32,000 nucleotides of DNA from Candidatus Hermodarchaeota archaeon. GTDB taxonomy: Archaea > Asgardarchaeota > Heimdallarchaeia > Hodarchaeales > Hodarchaeaceae. The stretch spans positions 1-32,000 of the forward strand of contig JBHLKY010000007.1 of the NCBI GenBank assembly GCA_048886185.1, read 5' to 3'. Below the pieces are notes generated by a model that saw only the letters and a list, made by a program, of their open reading frames with translations, was not told the origin of the DNA and searched no databases. The position numbers and the translations under genes were made by a program. Within the stretch, counting starts at the first letter, position 1, and each line of letters opens with the position of its first letter. This document shows, in pieces, positions 8,799 through 18,400 of this stretch.

Positions 8799-11789
8799 TT
8801 AATTCTTTAAAATTATCCCAGTACGATTTTTACCATTCACTCGAATTTCTAGGGGATTATCGACTTGAATATGACGTAAAAATTCTGTTTCTTTTACAGA
8901 ACTATGGGATCTTATCAAGTTCCAATTAATGTAATCTTCTCCTTTTTCATTCTCTGATTTTACTGGAATAGTCAAATAAGCGATATTAAGTGCAGTAATA
9001 TTGGAAAAAAAGTGTGTTCCGTAAGATGCTTCAATATCATAATCTTCTATTCCTGCTTCTACGATAACTTTGGCATTAGAAATATCATTCCATTTAATGG
9101 GTACCCCCAAAGAGTGTTCTCTAGTTCCCCACCGTCCTAAACCAATTAATACATAAGATCGATTGCGAATTCTAAGTTGCTTATTGAAATCAGAAACTTC
9201 TTTAGCAATCTCAACAGTTTTTAATCGATCAAATTTTTCTGGCTTAATAGCAATAATATCATTAATATTTCGGTAAATGCCATTGCCCATTGCTTTAGTG
9301 GAATAGACAATTGTTTTTTCTCGCGATTCTTGGGTTATTATTATATTATTCATTCTATAATCAAAAACCAAAGGCCTTATTTGCAGTAAATAAAAAGTTG
9401 GTACATTTTTAGCTGTTTTAAGAATATTAGCTGCAAATTCTATCTCAATAGGACGACCAAAAGCTTTTGTTCCTAGCTTTAACACTTCTACAAGAATTTC
9501 AGGAAGAGGAAATGTACCAAATTTTAGAACACCAGCCATCGATAAAACACGAGGGCCTTGCCAAGAAAGACCATCCCTAATAGCATTACTACTGATGTCA
9601 TAAACACTACCAAGCTGAAAAAGAATTCCATCTTTCTCTGCAATTGTTAGATCTAAACATGATAACGTTGCATCCTCACTTTGAACAATATCTCTATATT
9701 CTTTGAGATTAAGAGCAAAAAACTCTTTTTGTGAGTTTTTCATTGTCATTCTAGGGGAAGAAAATTGGGGTAGATTTTGGGGATATTTAGGACAAAAACG
9801 AAGGGATTTTTTGCCCTCAACTACAGTTTTTCCAAGTCCTAAAGCAATAAACGCAACACCATCCTCTGGTTTCATTTTACCAGTAGGATAGAAATTGTAT
9901 GATTGGGCAACCCCCGATATATCGGGATAAAAAAAATCTTCGTGTTCTTGTCCTACAACTTCCTGAACAATCACAGCCATTTTTTCTTCTTCAATCTTTA
10001 AACCAATATTCATAATAAAGCTTCGAGGCAGTTCTAAAGCCAAGGAAGCATAAACTAATTTAATTGCAGTACATAATTGCTCTAGCCGTACACTTAGATC
10101 AGGATCATTATTTGGCAACATATAGGTTTTATATATTCCTGCAAGGGGTTGAGCATGAGAATCTTCTAGAAGACCAGAAGAACGGACTGCTAAAGGAATA
10201 TCGATAATTTGAAGGAAAAATTCCAGTTTTTGACGAAGTTTTTGTGATAATACCCCATTAACAAAACGATCAACTAATTCCTCATCAGTTATATCTTCAT
10301 TTATAGATAGAACATCATCCAAATTATTCTGCTCAATAAATTGATCAAATTCACCTGTACAGAGAATAAGAGTCTGTGGTATCTTAATATTGATATTTGG
10401 GAATCTTTTTTCAAGATTAAATAATGGTAATTGAACATGCAGAAAAGCAAGCCCTCTACCTTTTCCCCCTAATGAGCCACTGGATAAACGTGAAAATAAA
10501 ACATGTTTTCCAAATGATATTGGAGAAAAGTCACTAATAGCTCCTTTTTGAACGTCATAGCTTAGTTTTTCAAACGTTTTCTTTAGGAATAGTCTTAGAA
10601 GGTTCAAATCGTCAAATTGACTTACTTTCAGTGGTCTTAAGTGATATGCAATATCAAATTCACCACGAGCCATTAACCACGCTGAAAAATGATTACGAGA
10701 GGCGTGAAACATAATTGATTCTTCAGGGACTTCTTGAATAACTTCTATAAATTCTTCTAAATTTGAGGCACGACCTATCTCCTTACCATTAGGAAGACGA
10801 AAAATAAAGTCTCCAAATCCTAAATGATTAACAAAAATGTTTTTTAAATCAAGTAACAATCTACGAGAACCTTTATGAAGAAAAAATGAGTTTAAGCCTC
10901 TCGCACTTTCAAAATGGTTGATATCTGAAGATTGTAGAATAGTAGGGAGTAATTTATTGTGTTCTTTCACTAAATTAATAAATTCATGTCCCGCAGAGAG
11001 ATCCATTCGGCCTCCTTTTGGAAAAGCAACATCACTGATTACTACTAATATGTGGTTTTTATATTTTTCAAAAATCTGTTTCCCTTCTTCGTAAGAAGTT
11101 GCTAAAACTATTTTTGGTCTAGCACGGCGTCGTAACATTCGGTAATGTTGATTAAGACTTTGATCAATTAACTCTTGGGTCTGTTTCATAACTACATCAT
11201 AAACTAGAGGTAAAAAAAGGGAGTAATATCTAATTGAGTCTTCAACAATCAGAATAATTTGAATATTACCCTTCTCCACATCATTCAGTAAGTTGTTTCT
11301 ATCTTCAAACAACTTGATTATTGCAATAAAGATTTTAGAATCCCCCGTCCATGTGAAGATTCTATCAATGCCAGATTGAGTCTCTATAGGTTGTAAAGTG
11401 CGAATTTCAGCAGGAGAACTTAGTAAAAGAACAATTGGTGTATTAGGAACAATTTTTTTAGCTTGTTTTCCAAAATCGAAGGGAGTCAATGAACCAATGT
11501 TACTCATTGTGATAATTAAATCAAATTTTTGATGTTTCAGGATTTTTAATGCTCGAAATCCTGATGAAGTCCCAAATATTTTTGGAAAAGAAGATAAGTT
11601 TAAGTTAAGATATTCATCAAGCACTTGATCTGAAAGAGAACCATCAGCCTCTAAAGCATATCTGTCATATAGACTTGATATCACTAATATTTTTTCAATT
11701 CGGGAAAGAAAAAGCTGATGAAAATGGTAAAATTGTGGTTTTTCAAGAAATAACAAATCTTGTTCATGTGAAAGGTTATCTTCAGGCAC
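8799..11789 (-). CDS. PEP/pyruvate-binding (PPDK_N, ATP-grasp) protein with N-terminal receiver-like domains and a C-terminal His-swivel-like domain
   Basis: 996 aa. REC-like IVEDS...VISDV; ATP-grasp motifs GGKGRGL, AVRSSGLLED, MAVIVQE, GLGKTVVEG, IEIEFA, LLQIRP; C-terminal GRWG...SYGTHFF; no PEP-utilising TIM barrel. GAGGT SD, GTG start. Confidence 0.85.
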   Translation of the reverse strand: MPEDNLSHEQDLLFLEKPQFYHFHQLFLSRIEKILVISSLYDRYALEADGSLSDQVLDEYLNLNLSSFPKIFGTSSGFRALKILKHQKFDLIITMSNIGSLTPFDFGKQAKKIVPNTPIVLLLSSPAEIRTLQPIETQSGIDRIFTWTGDSKIFIAIIKLFEDRNNLLNDVEKGNIQIILIVEDSIRYYSLFLPLVYDVVMKQTQELIDQSLNQHYRMLRRRARPKIVLATSYEEGKQIFEKYKNHILVVISDVAFPKGGRMDLSAGHEFINLVKEHNKLLPTILQSSDINHFESARGLNSFFLHKGSRRLLLDLKNIFVNHLGFGDFIFRLPNGKEIGRASNLEEFIEVIQEVPEESIMFHASRNHFSAWLMARGEFDIAYHLRPLKVSQFDDLNLLRLFLKKTFEKLSYDVQKGAISDFSPISFGKHVLFSRLSSGSLGGKGRGLAFLHVQLPLFNLEKRFPNINIKIPQTLILCTGEFDQFIEQNNLDDVLSINEDITDEELVDRFVNGVLSQKLRQKLEFFLQIIDIPLAVRSSGLLEDSHAQPLAGIYKTYMLPNNDPDLSVRLEQLCTAIKLVYASLALELPRSFIMNIGLKIEEEKMAVIVQEVVGQEHEDFFYPDISGVAQSYNFYPTGKMKPEDGVAFIALGLGKTVVEGKKSLRFCPKYPQNLPQFSSPRMTMKNSQKEFFALNLKEYRDIVQSEDATLSCLDLTIAEKDGILFQLGSVYDISSNAIRDGLSWQGPRVLSMAGVLKFGTFPLPEILVEVLKLGTKAFGRPIEIEFAANILKTAKNVPTFYLLQIRPLVFDYRMNNIIITQESREKTIVYSTKAMGNGIYRNINDIIAIKPEKFDRLKTVEIAKEVSDFNKQLRIRNRSYVLIGLGRWGTREHSLGVPIKWNDISNAKVIVEAGIEDYDIEASYGTHFFSNITALNIAYLTIPVKSENEKGEDYINWNLIRSHSSVKETEFLRHIQVDNPLEIRVNGKNRTGIILKN

Positions 11790-11905
11790 TCTTAAACCTC
11801 AGGTACATTATCACATGTACTTACTTTACATAACATATATTTAAAGGGTATAGATTGATTAAGTTAATGAGATAACTAGATCATTTGTTGATTTAAATTA
11901 TTTGA

Positions 11906-12148
11906 TTTTTTAAGACCCTTGGAAATATCTCTCTTTTAAAGGTAGAATACATCATTTCTGTTTCAACTTTTCTTCAGAACAATCAGCTAGTTATTACGCT
12001 GAATGCCTTAGTTCCTGTGAAACATCTGCATTATAATGAACTAGGACTCTACTTATCTCTAAAGGATTTTAAAATTTTGAAAAAGAGATTTGAAGAAGAG
12101 AAAGTTAAAACCTATTATGCAGGAAGCGAATCCACATTTGATGTCTAA
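11906..12148 (+). pseudogene. Start-less open frame, possibly a VOC/glyoxalase-fold C-terminal remnant
   Basis: ...VITLNALVPVKHLHYNELGLYLSLKDFKILKKRFEEEKVK... loosely resembles the HxAF...DF...RLEE..V motif of VOC proteins; judged by eye only. Confidence 0.2.
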
Positions 12149-12205
12149 GATTTAATTATTTTAAGAAAGATAAACGTGAATACAAAATAATTAGAGTGCT
12201 TTAAA

Positions 12206-12703
12206 TTGTCATCAAATGCCTTAAAACAAAGAAGTGAAGTAGTAAGGATAGAACAATTTCTTAAAGAGGTTCACATAGAATTAAAAGACTCTATAAAGAA
12301 CCTTGAGGATCGAGAGTTAAATTGGCGCCCCTCACAGAGTAGTAATTCTATTGGAAATTTACTCAAGCACATTTTAGGCTCAGAAGCTTTCTGGATTCAT
12401 CATATAGTAGGTGGTTTGGAAAGTCAGCGTATAAGAGCCTCAGAATTTACAATCGAGGATTTTAATTTCAAAAACCTCCAAAATGAACTAATTAAAACAA
12501 AAAGAATGACAAAGAAAGTCTTAATAGAGCTCAATGATGAACAATTGTCGGAATTACGAACATATTGGTCCCAACTTACTAACCAGCATAGAGAAAGAAC
12601 GGTCTATTGGTGTCTTATGCATTCAATTGAACATTCAGCATTGCACATAGGCCAAATCTTTTACATCAGGAGGCTATTTAGGGATCTTATAAAAAGAAAT
12701 TAA
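12206..12703 (+). CDS. DinB/YfiT-like family protein
   Basis: LNWRP...NSIGNLLKHI.GSEAFW and HSIEHSALHIGQI supply the metal-binding His triad. TTG start. Confidence 0.85.
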   Translation: MSSNALKQRSEVVRIEQFLKEVHIELKDSIKNLEDRELNWRPSQSSNSIGNLLKHILGSEAFWIHHIVGGLESQRIRASEFTIEDFNFKNLQNELIKTKRMTKKVLIELNDEQLSELRTYWSQLTNQHRERTVYWCLMHSIEHSALHIGQIFYIRRLFRDLIKRN

Positions 12704-12707
12704 GCCA

Positions 12708-12717
12708 TTTTTTTTTT
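12708..12717 (+). terminator. Oligo-T archaeal terminator
   Basis: T10 run 5 nt after the DinB stop codon. Confidence 0.45.
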
Positions 12718-12994
12718 GATGTTGTATTTCTAAAGCCTCGATTATTAATTACCTGGTTAAATGGTTAAAAACTAGAACAGCTTTTGGTTGAAGAATAAAG
12801 ACTCGTATCTTATCGGAATTCAAATGAAAACTCAAAAATGCTAAATTCCAAGTTGTTGTTCAAACAAATCATCCAAAATGGTTCTTCTTAAAAGCTGAAA
12901 AGAATTGTATAAAGAATGTCAAGAAAATGCCTGATCGCAGCCTTTAGTGGCGGCAACCTCCCCATGTCTCTATCAAACTCATTGTTCACAAACT

Positions 12995-13012
12995 AACTTT
13001 CGCAAGAAAGTT
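12995..13012 (+). other. Perfect 7-bp hairpin with a GNRA tetraloop
   Basis: AACTTTC-GCAA-GAAAGTT in the gap between DinB and the binding-protein gene. Confidence 0.4.
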
Positions 13013-13241
13013 GTCAAGGGATAACCATAACCCCACCATTCAGATTTAGATCAAGAGAATACCAAATTCTTTTTTTCTTATTTTCCAAGTTGTTTCCGAG
13101 TCATTCTTTTTCGATATTCTTTTCATCCGATTACTTGCTAATGTTAGAAATGCACACTCATTTAGCTTAAAATCTCCAAATAATGGAAAAATTTAAGAAA
13201 ACATCGAGCTAAAATTAATGAATATTTGTGGTGGATTACTA

Positions 13242-15344
13242 ATGACAGGTAAAAAAAGCGGGGCTGTGAAAACCTTCATTCTTTTTCTGATTTTAATGAT
13301 ACTCATGTTTTCCAGTATCGTATCGAATGCTGTTGCGCAAGAAGACATTTCTCATGAAACACTCACCATTCTGATACCCTGGTCATTTGAAGGGGTTGAC
13401 TTGAGAGTGAACTGGGATATGCAAACTTCGTGGATAGCTAATCAATATCAAGGATTTTTAGGTATGATGGCTCCCGGTGAAACGACAGTAACTTTACCAG
13501 GAATTGCTCAAAATTGGACTCGTAATGATGATCGAACTGAATGGACCTTCACATTGCGAGAGGGAGTGACTTTCCATGATGGAACAGACATTGATGTAAA
13601 AACGGTAAAATATAGTGTTGAAGTAGATTATATGGCGTATATGGCAGCACCACACAACCCCAATAAAGAAGAAATTAACATTAGCGAAGCTGCACGGCGA
13701 CTAGAAAGTATGGGTATGAACATAACTTTTCCTTCGAATGATCCAAATGGCAATGGACGTATAGTCACATTCAGTGGAACATGGTTTCCTGACCCAATGT
13801 TCGAATGGGATGTCAGTGGAATGTGGGAGCGTTTCATGTTAGTTCCGTATGAATCACATGGCAAATATACTGATGATGTAGCGACCTGTCAGGCGAAATT
13901 GGAAGATTTCTCTCAAGATCCCATTTCTGCAGGTCCTTATCAATTTGTTAACTGGGTCCCTGATAAATACGTATTATTGGAACGATTTGATGAGTGGTTT
14001 GGGTGGGGAAGATCATTTAGTGCAAGTAATGGAGAAGTTTATTCCTTCCCTTCATTGGAAAACAGTTTCAAATTCTTGAACTTCAGTCTTGTCTCTGATA
14101 ATGCATTAGCTGTGGATCAATTAATATCAGGAAAATTAGACCTTGTTACAGTTCTCAAACTCACCTCTGACGTTCGAGAAACGATAAATAGTTATAATAA
14201 CGTCTCTTTCTTTGTCAGTGATCTATTAGGATATGATTGCATCAATATGAATATCCAGGGGGATGATCCTGAATATTTTGGTGGTCCTGGGAATTTTCCC
14301 GTTTCTAAGGCATGGTTTCGACAAGCAGTCTCACACGCTATTAATCGGACTAAATTGGTAGAAGTTTATGGTTATGAAACGGGGGACTATCCTTACACCA
14401 CCTGGTTTCCTGATTGGATTGCAAATAAGTTTCCTGACCTTGATACAACTGACTATTATGACTTTGATCAAGGTAAAGAAGAAGCAATTGCTCTCCTTGA
14501 TGGAGCAGGTTATGGACCTTTAGGTTTTTCGGACGAACCTACTAATCGATTTGGTTGGGGAGTATATGCCAATGAAACAGAACTTGATGGCGTTGAACAA
14601 ACTAGAGGACGACATTTCAGACTTGTAGCATGCCTCATTGGTGACCCCGCACCTCGTGCAGAGGCTATAAAAAACATGCTCGAACAGGTTGGAATCTTTG
14701 TCGACATCGATCTAATCGATGAGGGGAGGTGTGGTTCTGACATATATTATAGTGGTGATCCTGGCTATAGTTATAACACTACAGGCAGTCCATCTGACCC
14801 TACATTCACGGGGCCAGTTTGGGATTTTGATGTTGGAGGGGTGGTGGGGGGACGTTATGACACTCTTAATCCGTATTTAGCGGTTTCATTTGGGTATTGG
14901 TACTTCCTTGGGCGCGGTTGGGCTAGCTGGTGGAATGAAAACTTTGAAATTAATCATGCTAAAATCTTTGGCGGTAAACCCTTTGGAATTCCCGATCCAC
15001 CTGACATGCCTCCTTCAGGATATACTCCACCAGTTTGGGAGAATGATGACCCTCAATATATTAATGCGTGTGAACAAGCAGGTTTTGAGATGTCAAAAGA
15101 ACTTCCATATGTACCACTATTGAACTATTGCAATGCATATGCTCTTAACAATCATATTAAGAATTTTAAAATGAATCATAACGTTATGTTTTCACTTGCA
15201 TATTCATATTGGTCACAAGAAATTGATGAAGAAAGTGGTACTACTGATAGTTCTGCTGATGCATATGGGATTTTTATTCCATTAACAGTCCTTTTTCTGC
15301 TAACTGTTCAATTACAATTCCATAAAAAAAGAAAAAAGATATAG
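13242..15344 (+). CDS. ABC transporter family-5 (Opp/Dpp-like) substrate-binding protein with C-terminal membrane anchor
   Basis: PGIAQNW...EWTFTLREGVTFHDG, GPYQFVNW, FRQAVSHAINR. Signal peptide ending AVA-Q; S/T linker, TM helix and KKRKK tail. Start placed at the Met after GGTGGA (ORF track starts at 13218). Confidence 0.85.
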   Translation: MTGKKSGAVKTFILFLILMILMFSSIVSNAVAQEDISHETLTILIPWSFEGVDLRVNWDMQTSWIANQYQGFLGMMAPGETTVTLPGIAQNWTRNDDRTEWTFTLREGVTFHDGTDIDVKTVKYSVEVDYMAYMAAPHNPNKEEINISEAARRLESMGMNITFPSNDPNGNGRIVTFSGTWFPDPMFEWDVSGMWERFMLVPYESHGKYTDDVATCQAKLEDFSQDPISAGPYQFVNWVPDKYVLLERFDEWFGWGRSFSASNGEVYSFPSLENSFKFLNFSLVSDNALAVDQLISGKLDLVTVLKLTSDVRETINSYNNVSFFVSDLLGYDCINMNIQGDDPEYFGGPGNFPVSKAWFRQAVSHAINRTKLVEVYGYETGDYPYTTWFPDWIANKFPDLDTTDYYDFDQGKEEAIALLDGAGYGPLGFSDEPTNRFGWGVYANETELDGVEQTRGRHFRLVACLIGDPAPRAEAIKNMLEQVGIFVDIDLIDEGRCGSDIYYSGDPGYSYNTTGSPSDPTFTGPVWDFDVGGVVGGRYDTLNPYLAVSFGYWYFLGRGWASWWNENFEINHAKIFGGKPFGIPDPPDMPPSGYTPPVWENDDPQYINACEQAGFEMSKELPYVPLLNYCNAYALNNHIKNFKMNHNVMFSLAYSYWSQEIDEESGTTDSSADAYGIFIPLTVLFLLTVQLQFHKKRKKI

Positions 15345-15439
15345 ATATTAAATTGACAAACGAATATTCAGTAATAGAGGTCCATCGTACCGTTAACGCA
15401 ATTTTTCTCATAATTCGTGAATTGTATACAGGTAATAAT

Positions 15440-18400
15440 ATGAGATGGATAAAAATCAGAATCCTTGCTAGTTTATTTTTCTTAGTATTACTGTCCAGTA
15501 TTCTAGCCAATTTTGATTTTAACACCTCCCAAAATGTTTCAAGGGAAATACTTTCCGAGAATCACAAAATAGATGAAATAAATCAAATAAATCCAGCTCC
15601 ACCTTTTGCTTCTGAAATCTATATTGATTCCCCAATGCAACATAATGATCGGGTGAATTCTGTTAAATTTTCACCTGATGGTAAAATTTTAGCGTCAGCT
15701 AGCTGGGATGCCGCTATCAAGCTTTGGAATCTAAGTCTTGGTCAGGAGATAGAAGTGTCTCCTCTAAAGCATACTGATAGTATTACCTCTCTAGTTTTTT
15801 CACCAGATGGTCAAAGCATTATTGCAACCGATATGGACGCTTCTCTTGTGTTCTGGAATAGCAGCTCAGGTGATGTGATTCAAAATCATACACATAAAAC
15901 TTCTGAATATAGAGGGAACTCTCCATTAGCAATATCTCCCACGGGGGATCAACTAGCTATTCGAGGTGTGACTTTTATTAGAATAATTGATATTTCATTT
16001 AGCGAAATAACTAGAGAAGTAACCTTACCATTCGGTACAAGTCCAACTTGCATGGTATTTGCACCTAATGCACAAATATTAGCATCTGGTTACGACTTTG
16101 GATCTGGTTATGACTTTCTCAAGCTTTGGAATAGTAGTTCTGGTGATTTAATTGAAAATCTGCCTCAGGGAGAACGTGTGTACGCAGTTGATTTTTCACC
16201 AGATGGCCAGTTTTTAGCCTCAGCAGGAAGCGATGGGAACATTACACTCTGGGATATGACCAGTAGAGAGAACATCAGAAATTTTACTGGCCATGTTGGA
16301 AAAGTCAACGACGTTGTTTTCTCACCTGATGGCAAAATCTTGGCGTCATGCTCCAATGATTTAACAATTCGTTTGTGGAACGTAACGGATGGAAGACAAA
16401 TTCGTACGTTAAATGGACACACTACTAGTGTATATTCCCTAGATTTTTCACCGGATGGTACTCTTTTAGCTTCAGGAAGTGGGGATAATACCGCCAGAGT
16501 TTGGAACGTTGTGCAAGGAGTAGAATTACAGGTATTATCAAGCTTCGCAGAACCAGTGAACACGTTAAGTTTTTCAGCTACTGGTGAGACGCTAATATCA
16601 GGGGGAAATGATACGGAAGTTATTCTTTGGGACTTATCCACATCAACTCCTAAATCATATATTATTCCCCCTTACCATAGTGGGGGAATTAACTCAGTAG
16701 ACATATCTTCTGATGATACCATGTTTGCAACAGGTGGTGTAGACTCGAATGTTTTTGTTTATGATAAATCAACTCGAGAGCCCCTTTATAAATTAACAAA
16801 TCACTCTGGACAGGTATTTTCAGTAGCTTTTTCAAAAGATAATACTCTACTTGCATCAGCAGGTGCAGATAGCAATATATTTCTCTGGAATCTGACTAAT
16901 GGGGAACGAATTCCGACTTTCTTAAACCACACTGAAGCCGTAACATCGCTAGATTTTTCACCAGATGGCCAGCTGCTCGCCTCTGGAAGCAAAGATAAAA
17001 CCATCCGGCTGTGGAATGTTTCTTCTGGAATAGAATATTCTATTCCAGTTTTAATCGGTCATGATTTTCGGGTCAATACCATTGCATTTTCACCTGTTGA
17101 TCCCACGATTCTTGTGTCTGGTAGTCAATACGGTATTGAAACAAGTATTATAGTATGGGATATTCTGAATGGAACTCACCTTCCCCTTACTGGTCATACA
17201 ACTGCGGTTTTATCGGTCACTTTCTCCCCAGAGGGGAATATTTTTGCTACCAGTAGCTATGATGGAACAATTAGTTTCTGGGACACTTTTACCGGAGAAA
17301 GGTATATTACTTCACCAAAAGAACCGGATCCTATCCGATCTATTTGTTATTCCCCTCAGCACGGAGTTTTTGCATCAACACGGGATACCGACATTATTTT
17401 GTGGAATATGTCTGATGGACAAGTTCCTACTGATTTTGATAATGATGGGATGCCTGATTCTTGGGAACTATCAGTAGGTTTAGATCATGGAAATTTCTGG
17501 GACAAGTTTTTAGATATTGATAATGATGGATTAATTAACTCCTTGGAATATTTCTTAAACACAAGTGTTATCATTAGGGATTCTGATCTGGATAATATGC
17601 CAGATGGGTGGGAATATTTGATGGGATTAGATCCTTTAAAAAATGATGCACAAGATGATCTTGATGGAGATGGTATGCCTAATTTATGGGAGTATCGAAT
17701 GAATTTACATCCTTCTTACAACGATGCTATGGCAGATAAAGATGATGATGGAATGCCAAATATCTGGGAGTATGAAAATGGGTTCAATGCAACAGACTCC
17801 GCAGATGCACATATTGATTCAGATGGTGATTGGATAAGTAATCTTCAGGAATATCGTGGAGGGAGTGATCCCCATGATTTTTGGAGTGTACCCCCATTAA
17901 GTCTGAGTGTTATTCATTTTAGCCTGATCTTTTTGATAATTATATTTTGCTTAGGTACAGGTGTAATAATACGCCATCATCTACATAGGAGATTAATTCA
18001 AAAATTGGATGCTCCTAACTATAAAATAGCAAAACAAATCCATCAAAGTGGATTAAAAGACTACACGTCGTATATGCAGGCTGTAACCAATGCTAAAGAA
18101 GATTTACTAGAAGCAAAAAAGATATCCATGAAAGGAGATTTTCCCACTGCAATTTCGCAATTTAAATCTATATTAACCACAGCACAGCGCCTTAATAGGC
18201 CTGTACTACAAGCTGAAGTGATTTTTAACCTCTCTCAAATCTATAAAGATTTGGGAGAAGTTTCATCAATAGCGGTGATGTTACCCTTATTTCCGCAATC
18301 TAGTAAAGATTCAAAGATTCAAGCCTTCTCTGATATGATTGAGGCATTAATAGCTGAGGCAGCAAAAGACTGGTTACAAGCAAGTAAAGCGTGGCAAGCA

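Noticed and set aside
5724-8929. ORFs antisense to the kinase and glutamate-synthase-like genes, and 8720..8929
   Set aside because: Shadow frames of well-supported genes.
12930-13070. GGCAACC and ATCAAGAG words suggesting a SAM-I riboswitch
   Set aside because: The motifs are in the wrong order and lie upstream of the probable promoter.
13628-17477. Alternative-frame ORFs inside the binding-protein and WD40 genes (e.g. 16165..16641)
   Set aside because: Antisense or frame shadows of repetitive coding sequence.
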